Source: Ignavibacteria bacterium RIFCSPLOWO2_12_FULL_56_21 (GTDB lineage: Bacteria; Bacteroidota; Ignavibacteria; UBA10030). From it: DNA of 64,000 bases. Below, one piece after another: positions 40,218 to 49,371 of this stretch (within the stretch, counting starts at the first letter, position 1; the number at the start of each line of letters is the position of its first letter). The translations under genes and the position numbers were made by a program. The stretch covers positions 687 through 64,686 of the forward strand of contig MHAK01000080.1 of assembly GCA_001802945.1 (NCBI GenBank), in the 5' to 3' direction. Below the pieces are notes generated by a model that ran no database searches, had not been told where the DNA came from, and was given only the letters and a program-made list of their open reading frames with translations.

Positions 40218-41096
40218 ATGATCGGACGAACTCCTCGAGCGCAAGCCGAGATTTTCTTCTTCATTATTACGTTTATTTGGGGAAGCACATTCGTCGTCAC
40301 AAAGGATCTGCTTCACGCGGCGTCCCCGTTTCTTTACATCTGCGTACGATTCACGGTCGCATCATTGCTCCTGCTGGCCGTGTTCCCCTCACTGCGATCG
40401 GGATGGTCCAGTGCCACAGTTCTTCGTGGCGGCGCGCTTGGATTGATGCTCTTCGCGGGTTTTGCCCTTCAGACGGTGGGTCTGCAGTATACGTCCGCCT
40501 CGAAATCAGCCTTCATCACGGGTATGCTGGTTGTGTTCACGCCGGTGTGGCAGGTAGTGCTTGAACGACGAGCCCCGAAGGCCGGGAATATCCTCGGTGT
40601 GATCCTGGTGACGATAGGGCTCTACCTGCTGACATCGCCGGCTGGTTCGGAATTTTCTACTGGCGACGCTATGACGATGATCTGTGCGGCATTGTTTGGG
40701 TTGTATATCGTTTCGTTGGACATGTGGGGAAAGGGGTATGATGCGGCGAAACTGACCATGATGCAGTTCCAGGTATCCGCGGTGGGGGGGCTGATGGGCG
40801 CACTGCTTTTGGAGAAGCCGTTCCTGGAGGTTTCCCTGTGGTCCGTTTCACAGCTTTTATACCTTGCCATTTTTGCGACAGTTATCGCGCTTTATGTGCA
40901 GACCGCGTATCAGAAGGACACGACGCCGACGCGAAGTGCGGTCATTTTTTCGATGGAACCCGTGATTGCAGCCCTCTTTGCGTATGTTCTTGCGGGAGAA
41001 CGGATAGGCATAGCGGGCGTGGCCGGAGGCGGGGTTATTATCCTTGGGCTCCTCATTTCGGAGTTGTCGGATTCTCTTTTCGGCGGAAGGGCCTGA
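40218..41096 (+). CDS. EamA/DMT family transporter
   Basis: IWGSTF, RF..A, QTVGLQYT, FSMEPV; about 10 TM helices. Confidence 0.92.
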   Translation: MIGRTPRAQAEIFFFIITFIWGSTFVVTKDLLHAASPFLYICVRFTVASLLLLAVFPSLRSGWSSATVLRGGALGLMLFAGFALQTVGLQYTSASKSAFITGMLVVFTPVWQVVLERRAPKAGNILGVILVTIGLYLLTSPAGSEFSTGDAMTMICAALFGLYIVSLDMWGKGYDAAKLTMMQFQVSAVGGLMGALLLEKPFLEVSLWSVSQLLYLAIFATVIALYVQTAYQKDTTPTRSAVIFSMEPVIAALFAYVLAGERIGIAGVAGGGVIILGLLISELSDSLFGGRA

Positions 41097-41117
41097 AGGA
41101 ATCTCTCGGGGGGGGAC

Positions 41118-41146
41118 TTGACCATTTGAGAAGCGGCATCTATATT
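41118..41146 (+). promoter_or_regulatory. sigma70-type promoter, (near-)leaderless
   Basis: TTGACC-17 bp-TATATT ending 8 nt before ATG 41155. Confidence 0.6.
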
Positions 41147-41154
41147 GGTTGTGC

Positions 41155-41559
41155 ATGCGACCGCGAAATCTGATCCTTGCTTCGTTGGTGTTAACCGTGC
41201 TGAGCGTTGCCTATGCGTCAGTCATTAAGGGAACGCCGGAAGGCTACAGCATTGGATCGGGCATTCTCATTCGATGGATCACCGAGGACGAAACGGGAAT
41301 CGAGTCATTCGTTGTTCTGCGGAAGAATGCGAACGATGCTGAGTTCGTCGTCGTATCGAGTCCCATCTCTCCCAAAGGCAACAACTCCACGTATGAATTC
41401 CTCGATCAATCGGTGTTCAAAGGGTCTGGAGGCGTGTTTGTGTATCGCGTCCGTGCAGTGAAAGGGCGAACGCCGGTAGAGGAAGTGCAGTTCTCCGTGT
41501 CGCACACGAGCTCCGCCGCCCGCAGAACCTGGGGGAGCATCAAGGCGATGTTCCGCTGA
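41155..41559 (+). CDS. Secreted Ig-like hypothetical protein with C-terminal TWGxIK motif
   Basis: Signal peptide ending AYA; W.TEDE.G...F.V.R...YEFLD...YRV; ends RTWGSIKAMFR. Confidence 0.8.
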   Translation: MRPRNLILASLVLTVLSVAYASVIKGTPEGYSIGSGILIRWITEDETGIESFVVLRKNANDAEFVVVSSPISPKGNNSTYEFLDQSVFKGSGGVFVYRVRAVKGRTPVEEVQFSVSHTSSAARRTWGSIKAMFR

Positions 41560-41599
41560 GATCCTTTCCATTTTTCCCCGTCGTTTTCCCGATCACTCC

Positions 41600-42247
41600 G
41601 TGTCCCCTCGTCAAACGAACGCCCGCCGTCCGTGGAGGTTGATCCTTGCTTCGCAGTCTCCGCGCCGCCGCGTGCTCTTGCGACAAGCCGGGTATCGGTT
41701 CATTGTTCGGCCCAGCGGCATCGATGAACCGATCGATACAGCTCACTCCCCTGAGTGGAATGCGCGGCGGATCGCGCTGGACAAAGCAATGGACGTTGCG
41801 ACGCGGGTTCGCTCAGGCGTCGTTGTCGGCGCCGATACAATCGTCGTACTGAGCGGCAAGTTCCTCGGCAAACCATTGTCGCCTTCCGATGCCCGGTCCA
41901 TGTTACGACGTCTCAGCGGCCGTACGCATAATGTGTATTCGGGGGTGGCAATTGTTGATGCGGAGACCGGAAGGTCGACGACATTTGCAGAGCGGACGCG
42001 CGTGACCTTTCGGATGCTCGAAGAAGATGAGATCAGGGCGTATGTGGCTTCGGGTGCGCCGATGGACAAAGCCGGGGCATATGGGATACAGGACGATTAC
42101 GGTGCAGTGTTTGTTGAAAAAGTTGTGGGATGTTTCTATACTGTGGTCGGTTTCCCGCTCTCACGGTTTCATCTTGTGCTTCGTCGATTTCTTGGAATGA
42201 CAAAGACAAGGTCGCAGAGGGCGGTGCGAAAGGGCAAAAGGGGCTGA
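41600..42247 (+). CDS. maf: Maf family nucleoside triphosphate pyrophosphatase
   Basis: [34 protein letters not shown]. Confidence 0.95.
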   Translation: MSPRQTNARRPWRLILASQSPRRRVLLRQAGYRFIVRPSGIDEPIDTAHSPEWNARRIALDKAMDVATRVRSGVVVGADTIVVLSGKFLGKPLSPSDARSMLRRLSGRTHNVYSGVAIVDAETGRSTTFAERTRVTFRMLEEDEIRAYVASGAPMDKAGAYGIQDDYGAVFVEKVVGCFYTVVGFPLSRFHLVLRRFLGMTKTRSQRAVRKGKRG

Positions 42248-42299
42248 ACCCGCCGCCGCTCACGCGGCGACAACGATTCGAACCGAATCCGGAATAGGT

Positions 42300-42716
42300 A
42301 TGGCACGAAAGATCAGAGTTTTGGTTGCGAAAGCCGGGCTTGACGGGCATGACCGCGGTGCAAAGGTCGTTGCTGCGGCTCTCCGTGATGCCGGCATGGA
42401 GGTGATCTATACGGGCCTCCGCAAGACACCAGAGGTGATCGTGCAGGCAGCGCTCCAGGAGGATGTCGACGTCATTGGCGTCAGTTTGCTGAGTGGAGCC
42501 CACATGACCATTTTCCCGAAGGTGCTGTCGTTGATGAAAGAAAAGGGGTTGAATGATGTTCTCTTGTTCGGCGGAGGGATCATTCCGCAGGAAGATATTC
42601 GCAAACTGAAACAGATGGGGGTCGGCGAGCTGTTCACACCCGGAGCGTCGACGATCGATATTGTCAAATATATCAATTCATGGTTTGGGACTCATCGGAG
42701 GGAATCGGCGGCCTAA
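42300..42716 (+). CDS. Methylmalonyl-CoA mutase cobalamin-binding subunit
   Basis: [10 protein letters not shown] (DxHxxG), SLLSGAH, GGIIP. Confidence 0.93.
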   Translation: MARKIRVLVAKAGLDGHDRGAKVVAAALRDAGMEVIYTGLRKTPEVIVQAALQEDVDVIGVSLLSGAHMTIFPKVLSLMKEKGLNDVLLFGGGIIPQEDIRKLKQMGVGELFTPGASTIDIVKYINSWFGTHRRESAA

Positions 42717-42741
42717 CCAGTGCGCGGCTGATGCGACCAAG

Positions 42742-42779
42742 AAAAATCCCGTCGCGGGCTTACCCGGACGGGATTTTTG
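42742..42779. terminator. Bidirectional intrinsic terminator
   Basis: aaaaatcccgtc...gacgggattttt between convergent genes. Confidence 0.75.
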
Positions 42780-42800
42780 TGTACCTGCGGAGGAGTGAGG

Positions 42801-43001
42801 TCAGACTTTGCTGACTTTCACCGCCTGGAGTCCTTTCGGGCCCTGCTCAACTTCGAACTCCACTTTGTCTCCCTCGTTGAGCGTCTTGTACCCGTCTCCG
42901 CTGATGGATTTGTAATGCACAAAGACGTCCTCACCGGACGATCGTTTGATGAAGCCGTAGCCTTTGGCATTATTGAACCACTTGACCGTACCTTGTTCCA
43001 T
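42801..43001 (-). CDS. Cold-shock protein
   Basis: [15 protein letters not shown] (RNP1), DVFVHY (RNP2). Confidence 0.96.
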   Translation of the reverse strand: MEQGTVKWFNNAKGYGFIKRSSGEDVFVHYKSISGDGYKTLNEGDKVEFEVEQGPKGLQAVKVSKV

Positions 43002-43199
43002 ACGGTACCTTCCATCAACTGTGGAACATGCACACCAGGCGTTTGTCTCCAGAACGCAACAGTGCTCAGCTCGGCACGTTGCCGGCTACTGCGGCCCCAA
43101 ACCCGCTCATGCTCCCTTCCACGTGCCGTAATGACCTGACGCAGCGGAAGCCAAATCAACTGGCGATGAAGCAAAACCGGTGTAGTGAATTGCACGCGA

Positions 43200-43228
43200 A
43201 ACTTAGGTGTCCCCACATCAAAAAGCAA
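43200..43228 (-). promoter_or_regulatory. sigma70-type promoter of csp, giving a ~190-nt 5' UTR
   Basis: Minus strand TTGCTT-17 bp-TAAGTT. Confidence 0.5.
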
Positions 43229-43257
43229 GGCCGGGAACCGGCGTGTAGAACAACCGG

Positions 43258-45561
43258 TCAATCCTGCCCGGTGTCCAGCCAGATTGACCGTTCAGGCGCC
43301 GGCTCTTCAGCCCCAGTTCGGCCCGAATATCGTTCCAACGTGCGGATCTGTGACGGATCGAATCCAAAGAGGTCTTCAGTGCTGAATATCCGCTCAAAAT
43401 CCGCAGAAGGGAGCAGTATGCGAAATCGATCCCCGCATTGTCGAAGGCGGTCGAGGTAGTATTCGGTATTCTCATCGGGCTGGGTAGGGTCCCACAATTC
43501 GGCCAGCTTGCTGTTGTCCGATAGGACAACGTCCCTCTTCGACCCTGTGATGTAGTACGCAACGACCGTCCCGGCGTCGGGTGAACGTTCACCTTTTCGA
43601 AGAGCTTCATACGGCGCACTCGCATGCCGTATGCCGCGCTCGACTTCGGCCGCATACACAGCCCACGAGTCTCCAATCGTTTCGCGTCTTCCAAAATCCG
43701 ATGGCCGCCAAGTCCTGTGAAGTATTCGCTGAACCTCCGCAACATAAAAGCGGTGGAGGGTATGCCAGTCCTTACGGAGGATGAGTTCGATAGAGTGAAG
43801 ATAGAAATCCCGAAGAAATGGTTCGAACGATCGGGGCGGATGAGACCGCAGAAGCGTCACCGGCTGGTCGTTGGACAGGGCCGCCAGAATCCGCGGACCT
43901 AGGGAAGCGGCGGTCGCATAGTGAGCGATGGGATACGCCAAAAGTCCAAACGGAAGCCGCGAGGAAACGTTCTGCCAGAATCTTGTGCGCGCTTCCTCAC
44001 TTTCGAGATTGTCCGGTATTTGAGACGTCACTACATCGCCGGAGAATTGGACTGGCGTTACATTGTGAAGTTCCAGGACGGCGACGGAGTCGCGCAAAGC
44101 ACCTGATCGCCACTGGTCTGCCGTCCTATACATCTGATCATCGTGAAACCTCGAGGTTCTCGACGAGATCGCGGCCCAGGCTCCATACAGCAGCGCCGCT
44201 GAGGCCGCCCGCTCCGTTGCGGAAAGTCTGTTCGGATCGGTGCTGCGATCTGCGTGCTGCTCGGAAGATTGCGCGGGAGGGGCGTGCTCGATGAGAGACT
44301 CGTTGAACCGAGTCAAGCGGTCCCGGAGAAGTCTGGCGATGTCGCTGTCTGAGCCTTGCCAGCCAATCCATGCTGATCTGGCTACCAGGGGAACGATGGC
44401 AACGTCGGCGACAGGTGAGAACAGGCCTGTTCGGTACTCTGATTCGGACGGATTCGCAGAGACGAAAATCAGCGGGGCCGCAGGGATCGTCCGATGGGCG
44501 TCGAGCAGGCCGGCTGCGGCAAGCAGTTCAAAACGGAACGCGGGTGAAGCTCTGATCACCAGGTCAGGCCGAACACGGAGCTGCGACGAAAGGGAAACCA
44601 GGAAGGGAACCACGACATCGCTCGCCGCTCGAACGGACCGGCACTCATCGGTGGGAGGCACACGGCGCGTGCCGGGTGATGACCAGTCTTTCGAATGGCG
44701 GGACGTTTTCCGCGGGGAGCTCTGCGCAACCATCCTCAACAATGCACGGGTCGATCCGTCTAGTCCTTGCTCGAAATCCAACGGATCGAGAAGCGTTCGA
44801 CCGGGTACCGAATATACAGACGGGAGCCCCGGAGGAGTTGATAGGCGAAGTGCGAATCCATCGCGTCCGAGGGCGCATTCAATCCCGAGCATTTCGCAGC
44901 GGACGGCAAGATACGGCAGGAGAACATCGTGCACGTGGAAGGCTTCGAGGATGTCAGGGTTGACGGTCTGAATCCAATCGAAGAATGATGATATGAGAGC
45001 CCGCTCATCGTTCTTGTGAATGCGAAACGAGGCGCGGTCGCCTGACGAGGAATGTGCAGCTATCGCAGTGATCCGGTCCTCGGTACGGTCGGCCCGGCTG
45101 CGGAATCCTTCGCGGGAATGAGTGCGGATGCTGATCTGCGCGCGGAGAACTCGATCTATCGGACATCCGGCAAAGAAAGAGGAGCGGGCGTCAAACAACC
45201 AATGGTCGGCGGGGTCGGCAAGGAGGAAAAGCCGGTCGAGGTCCAGGTAAGAGTGAACGCGCTCATGACGCCGCTCCGATGTGTGGCGAATGAGCGTATG
45301 GACGCTCTCCCAGACATCTGGCCAACGCTGAAACCGGACGACCCTGCGCAAACCGACCGACCCTTCGAGCAGAAATGATTCGTGAGGAGAAGGGAGAAGT
45401 TCCGTTGATTCCTGTTCATCCAGCACGAGCCACGGGCGAAGTGGATGGTCGAAAGACTGGACGCCTTCGGACGAGCGTGCGTAGACTCGTACCGTGCGGT
45501 CGTCCAAAACGTGGATGCCGACTATGCCGTTCGGAACGACCGGTGTTCCGTCGGAAGACAT
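43258..45561 (-). CDS. Family-B DNA polymerase-like protein with degenerate catalytic motifs
   Basis: PolB architecture recognisable (ERALI..F...I...NPDIL, LPYL..R....G....LGRDG, PGR..LD, YYITG...DENTEYYL.RL), but Exo and Pol acidic motifs are substituted. Confidence 0.75.
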   Translation of the reverse strand: MSSDGTPVVPNGIVGIHVLDDRTVRVYARSSEGVQSFDHPLRPWLVLDEQESTELLPSPHESFLLEGSVGLRRVVRFQRWPDVWESVHTLIRHTSERRHERVHSYLDLDRLFLLADPADHWLFDARSSFFAGCPIDRVLRAQISIRTHSREGFRSRADRTEDRITAIAAHSSSGDRASFRIHKNDERALISSFFDWIQTVNPDILEAFHVHDVLLPYLAVRCEMLGIECALGRDGFALRLSTPPGLPSVYSVPGRTLLDPLDFEQGLDGSTRALLRMVAQSSPRKTSRHSKDWSSPGTRRVPPTDECRSVRAASDVVVPFLVSLSSQLRVRPDLVIRASPAFRFELLAAAGLLDAHRTIPAAPLIFVSANPSESEYRTGLFSPVADVAIVPLVARSAWIGWQGSDSDIARLLRDRLTRFNESLIEHAPPAQSSEQHADRSTDPNRLSATERAASAALLYGAWAAISSRTSRFHDDQMYRTADQWRSGALRDSVAVLELHNVTPVQFSGDVVTSQIPDNLESEEARTRFWQNVSSRLPFGLLAYPIAHYATAASLGPRILAALSNDQPVTLLRSHPPRSFEPFLRDFYLHSIELILRKDWHTLHRFYVAEVQRILHRTWRPSDFGRRETIGDSWAVYAAEVERGIRHASAPYEALRKGERSPDAGTVVAYYITGSKRDVVLSDNSKLAELWDPTQPDENTEYYLDRLRQCGDRFRILLPSADFERIFSTEDLFGFDPSQIRTLERYSGRTGAEEPAPERSIWLDTGQD

Positions 45562-45567
45562 CGCAGA

Positions 45568-46329
45568 TTAGGGACGCTTGACGTCCTCAGACCGTGTGAA
45601 GGCCTTGAACAGATCGATGGGCACCGGGAAGATTGTCGTAGAATTGTTCTCGGTGGCGATCTCCCGAAGCGTTTGGAGATAGCGGAGTGTAATGGCGCTC
45701 GGCTGCAGGGAGAGAATTGCCGCTGCTTCGGAAAGCTTCTGCGCGGCCTGGAATTCACCTTCGGACGCGATGATTTTTGAGCGGCGTTCACGTTCAGCTT
45801 CCGCCTGCTTGGCCATTGCGCGCTGCATTTCCTGGGGAAGGTCGATATGTTTGACCTCGACGTTGGACACTTTGATGCCCCACGGCTCCGTCTGATGATC
45901 GATGATCTTTTGGAGTTGGAGATTGATCTTGTCCCGCTCTGCCAAAAGCTCGTCGAGCTCCGACTGTCCGAGCACGCTCCGCAGGGTTGTTTGCGACAAC
46001 TGGGATGTTGCGAAGAGGAAATTCTCCACCTCGACGATGGCTTTTTCGGGCATCATTACCCGGAAATACACGACAGCATTGACCTTCAGCGACACATTAT
46101 CCTTCGTGATGATGTCCTGGGGCGGAACATCCATGACCACTGTGCGCAGGCTGACTTTGACCATCCGGTCGATGAAGGGCCACAACCAGATGATACCCGG
46201 CCCTTTGGTTGCAATAAGTCGACCCAAGCGGAAGACCACTCCGCGTTCGTATTCGCGGAGGATCTTGACCGAGTTCGATGCGAGAAGAACGAACAGCAGG
46301 AGCGCAAAAAGCAGGACGGGGTTTGTCAT
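45568..46329 (-). CDS. SPFH/stomatin (slipin) family protein
   Basis: [43 protein letters not shown]. Confidence 0.95.
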   Translation of the reverse strand: MTNPVLLFALLLFVLLASNSVKILREYERGVVFRLGRLIATKGPGIIWLWPFIDRMVKVSLRTVVMDVPPQDIITKDNVSLKVNAVVYFRVMMPEKAIVEVENFLFATSQLSQTTLRSVLGQSELDELLAERDKINLQLQKIIDHQTEPWGIKVSNVEVKHIDLPQEMQRAMAKQAEAERERRSKIIASEGEFQAAQKLSEAAAILSLQPSAITLRYLQTLREIATENNSTTIFPVPIDLFKAFTRSEDVKRP

Positions 46330-47615
46330 AACGGTTTCTCCGGTACGGATTCGACGATTAGCGTCATGTTATCGATGCGCACGATGCGCACAGATGCTCC
46401 TTCTGGTATGGCGCTGCCGATCGCGTGCGCGTTCCACAATTCTCCGCGCACCATGATCGTGCCTGTGGGAGAGAGCTGAGTCCGGGCGGTACCCGAGGCG
46501 CCAATAAGGGCGTCCGCGCCGGTGGTCGGCCTTCTTCGTTGGGCCGTGAGACCGATGCCAATGACAAACACAAAGAAGCCGACGGTCATTGCTGCGACAA
46601 GCAGAATCACGGACCAGGAAATCTCCACGAACTCCAGTTCGGACGACGGACGGAACAACATGGCGGACCCGAGCAACAGCGCGATCGTGCCTCCTATGCC
46701 CAGCAATCCATGGCTCGCGATCTTGATCTCGAGAATGAAGAGAATGACCGCAAAAACAATGAGGGCAACGCCGGCATAGTTGACCGGCAGCGTTTGCATC
46801 GAGTAGAATGCAAGAATGATGCTGATGCCGCCGACGACACCCGGCAGAATGGAACCGGGATTATAGAGCTCGAACAGCAATCCGTACAATCCAAGCAAGA
46901 ACAAAATGTAGGCGATATTCGGGTCGCTGATGATTCCCAGGAGTGACTCTGCGAACGACGGTTCATTCTCTTCGATCGTTGCCCCCGCTGTTGCCAGCTT
47001 GACCTCGCCGCCGGTTACCGATACGGACCGGCCGTCGATCTTCCGGAGCAAGGTACTGTCGTCGGGAGCGACGATGTCGATGACATTGCGGTCGAGGGCC
47101 TCTGATTCCGTCAGGGCCGTGCTTTTGCGGACCGCTTCCTCGGCCCACTGAACGTTGCGATTCCGGCGTCCGGCAATGGACCTGATAAAGGCCGCCGCAT
47201 CGTTCGTGGCCTTTTCGTTCATGACCGAATCGATGCCCCCCTGCAGGTTTACCGGATGCGCGGCGCCAATATTCGTTCCGGGAGACATTGCTGCAATATG
47301 GCCTGCAATGGTGATGAAGACGCCGGCGGAACCGGCACGTGAGCCGGAGGGAGAAACATACACAATGACGGGGACAGGGGAGTCAAGGAGATCGCGCACG
47401 ATGGAACGCGTGGACTCCAGGAGTCCTCCGGGCGTATTGAGGCGGAGAAGGACAGCTTGTGCAGCCGTGCGACGAGCGTCGTCAAGTCCCCGTTTGACGT
47501 ATTCTGCCGTGGCCGGTGTAATAGGACCGTCGATCGTAAGTGCGCTGACCCGTTGCGCGGCCGATGATCCTGCAAGGAAGAGGGTGCAACAGAATACGAG
47601 AAAGGACCGCTTCAT
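46326..47615 (-). CDS. nfeD: NfeD family membrane-bound serine protease (long form)
   Basis: LNTPGG, AGSAG, GAAHPV, C-terminal OB fold G.LWNA; adjacent to slipin. Confidence 0.93.
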   Translation of the reverse strand: MKRSFLVFCCTLFLAGSSAAQRVSALTIDGPITPATAEYVKRGLDDARRTAAQAVLLRLNTPGGLLESTRSIVRDLLDSPVPVIVYVSPSGSRAGSAGVFITIAGHIAAMSPGTNIGAAHPVNLQGGIDSVMNEKATNDAAAFIRSIAGRRNRNVQWAEEAVRKSTALTESEALDRNVIDIVAPDDSTLLRKIDGRSVSVTGGEVKLATAGATIEENEPSFAESLLGIISDPNIAYILFLLGLYGLLFELYNPGSILPGVVGGISIILAFYSMQTLPVNYAGVALIVFAVILFILEIKIASHGLLGIGGTIALLLGSAMLFRPSSELEFVEISWSVILLVAAMTVGFFVFVIGIGLTAQRRRPTTGADALIGASGTARTQLSPTGTIMVRGELWNAHAIGSAIPEGASVRIVRIDNMTLIVESVPEKPL

Positions 47616-47641
47616 GGTGTCGACGGGCTGCGCGAGGGAAG

Positions 47642-47731
47642 TGGCGGAGAGAGTGGGATTCGAACCCACGATACCCTTTCAGGTATACACGCTCTCCAGG
47701 CGTGCCAGATAAACCACTCCTGCATCTCTCC
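47642..47731 (-). tRNA. tRNA-Ser(GGA)
   Basis: Minus strand GGAGAGA...CACGC-CTGGAGA-GCGTG, long variable arm, GGTTCGAATCC, encoded CCA. Confidence 0.95.
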
Positions 47732-47825
47732 GGAGCAAGTTGAAGAATACACAAAGATGACAGAAGAAGCAATCCGTTGATTTTCAGGGGACAATTGCGT
47801 TCTTTGCATCATCGCACGGACATCC

Positions 47826-48206
47826 ATGGGTCAATTGATACTTGTTGCGGAGGATCAACAACACATCCGCAACCTCATCGAATACAAATTGAAGAACAGC
47901 GGCTATGATGTCGTCGCAGTCGAGGATGGCGCTGCCGCGCTTGAGAAAGCGCGGGAATTGTCGCCGGCTTTGATCATGCTCGACATCATGATGCCGCTCA
48001 TGACCGGCTTTGAAGTGCTCGCTTCGCTCAAGAATGACCCGCATACGAAAGCCATTCCGGTCCTCCTGGTAACTGCTCAGAGCAAAGAACATGAAGTGCT
48101 GCGCGGCCTTGAACTCGGTGCTGAAGACTATATCACCAAGCCATTCAGCCCGAATGAACTCGCTGCCCGCGTCAAAAAAGTGCTCCTAAAGCACACCGCG
48201 ACATAA
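47826..48206 (+). CDS. Single-domain response regulator (receiver only)
   Basis: LVAEDQ, LDIMMP (phospho-Asp), VTA, KPF. Confidence 0.93.
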   Translation: MGQLILVAEDQQHIRNLIEYKLKNSGYDVVAVEDGAAALEKARELSPALIMLDIMMPLMTGFEVLASLKNDPHTKAIPVLLVTAQSKEHEVLRGLELGAEDYITKPFSPNELAARVKKVLLKHTAT

Positions 48207-48237
48207 CTCTGGTCTCGGCCCTCACTTTCCCGCCGGG

Positions 48238-49371
48238 ATGAGCCTCACCTTTCTCATTATCCTCGCGCTGACCGCAGCCATCACGTTCCTGGTGGTCATG
48301 GCCGCAGTCTCTCTCGTCATCCACAAGAATGCGGTAGCCCGACGTCAGCGCATTCAACGACGCCTTACGGAGGAGTATGCTGTTGCACTGACCGAAATGT
48401 TGATGACGGAACTCCCGTCATTACCCGCTACGGCCCCGTCCAGCGCGCGCTTCCGGCAATACGAATCCTTGCTCGAGCCGATCAAGAAACAGCTCCAATC
48501 CCTTTCCCGCCGTCGGCGGCGAATTCACCGGACGGCACTTTTGGAAGTCATGCTCGACTACGCGCAGGACCTTACGGGGGAGGCGGCCGACCGCGTCGTC
48601 TATGCAGCGTATAGCCTCGACTATGTGCAAGAGCTCATTGCCGAGTTGAAGAGCCGGCAGTGGTATTCAAGAGCCCAAGCTGCGCGAGACCTTGGCGTCA
48701 TCGGAGCAAAGCGGGCCATCGGAGGCCTGACGGCGGCGCTCGAAGACGACCATCCCGATGTGCGATTTCAGGCCATCCAGGCGCTGATTGTGCTCGTCGG
48801 AGCTGATGCGCTCCGCACGATCTTCAGGGTCGGTGGTCGGTTATCGACCTGGAATATGATGGGTCTCTCAGTAATCGTGCTCCGGTTCAAGGAAGATGTT
48901 GTTCCGCATCTTATCGAAGGACTGTATGCGGCCGACCAGTCGTTCGTCCTCTTTTGCATAGAAATGCTCGCAGAGATCGGGTTTGTGTCGGCCGTGGAGC
49001 CATTGCGCAGAATAGCGACGGATTATCCCAACGTGGTCGTCCGGGCCAAGGCTATCGAGGCGCTTGGCAGGCTGGGAGATGAACGCGCAGAGCCTCTCTT
49101 GTTGAAGAACGCGTCGAATCCATATCCGGTCATGCGATTGCGGGCACTTCAAGCCTTGCGCAAGGTCGGATCGCCGGCCGCGTTGCCGGTGCTCGAAGAA
49201 CGACTTCGTGAAGGGCCCCTTGAAGAAAAGATCGCCGCCGCGCGAGCCATGGCGCGCACGGGCCTCGAAGGGTGGACGGTTTTGGAACGGATGCGGAAAG
49301 AAGAAGGAACACTGGCGGCAGCAGCAGCGGTTCAGGTCCTCGAAGAATTGTCGATCGGAGGTTCTGCATGA
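48238..49371 (+). CDS. Membrane-anchored HEAT-repeat protein
   Basis: N-terminal TM; repeats RAQAARDLG, VRFQAIQAL, VRAKAIEALGRLGD, MRLRALQALRKVG. Confidence 0.88.
   Translation: MSLTFLIILALTAAITFLVVMAAVSLVIHKNAVARRQRIQRRLTEEYAVALTEMLMTELPSLPATAPSSARFRQYESLLEPIKKQLQSLSRRRRRIHRTALLEVMLDYAQDLTGEAADRVVYAAYSLDYVQELIAELKSRQWYSRAQAARDLGVIGAKRAIGGLTAALEDDHPDVRFQAIQALIVLVGADALRTIFRVGGRLSTWNMMGLSVIVLRFKEDVVPHLIEGLYAADQSFVLFCIEMLAEIGFVSAVEPLRRIATDYPNVVVRAKAIEALGRLGDERAEPLLLKNASNPYPVMRLRALQALRKVGSPAALPVLEERLREGPLEEKIAAARAMARTGLEGWTVLERMRKEEGTLAAAAAVQVLEELSIGGSA

Noticed and set aside
36422-42716. Methylmalonyl-CoA mutase split into two separated genes
   Set aside because: The two-subunit form is common and both ORFs are intact.
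47616-47669. Upstream GTG start for nfeD in the ORF track
   Set aside because: Lies inside tRNA-Ser(GGA); ATG 47615 gives a signal peptide.
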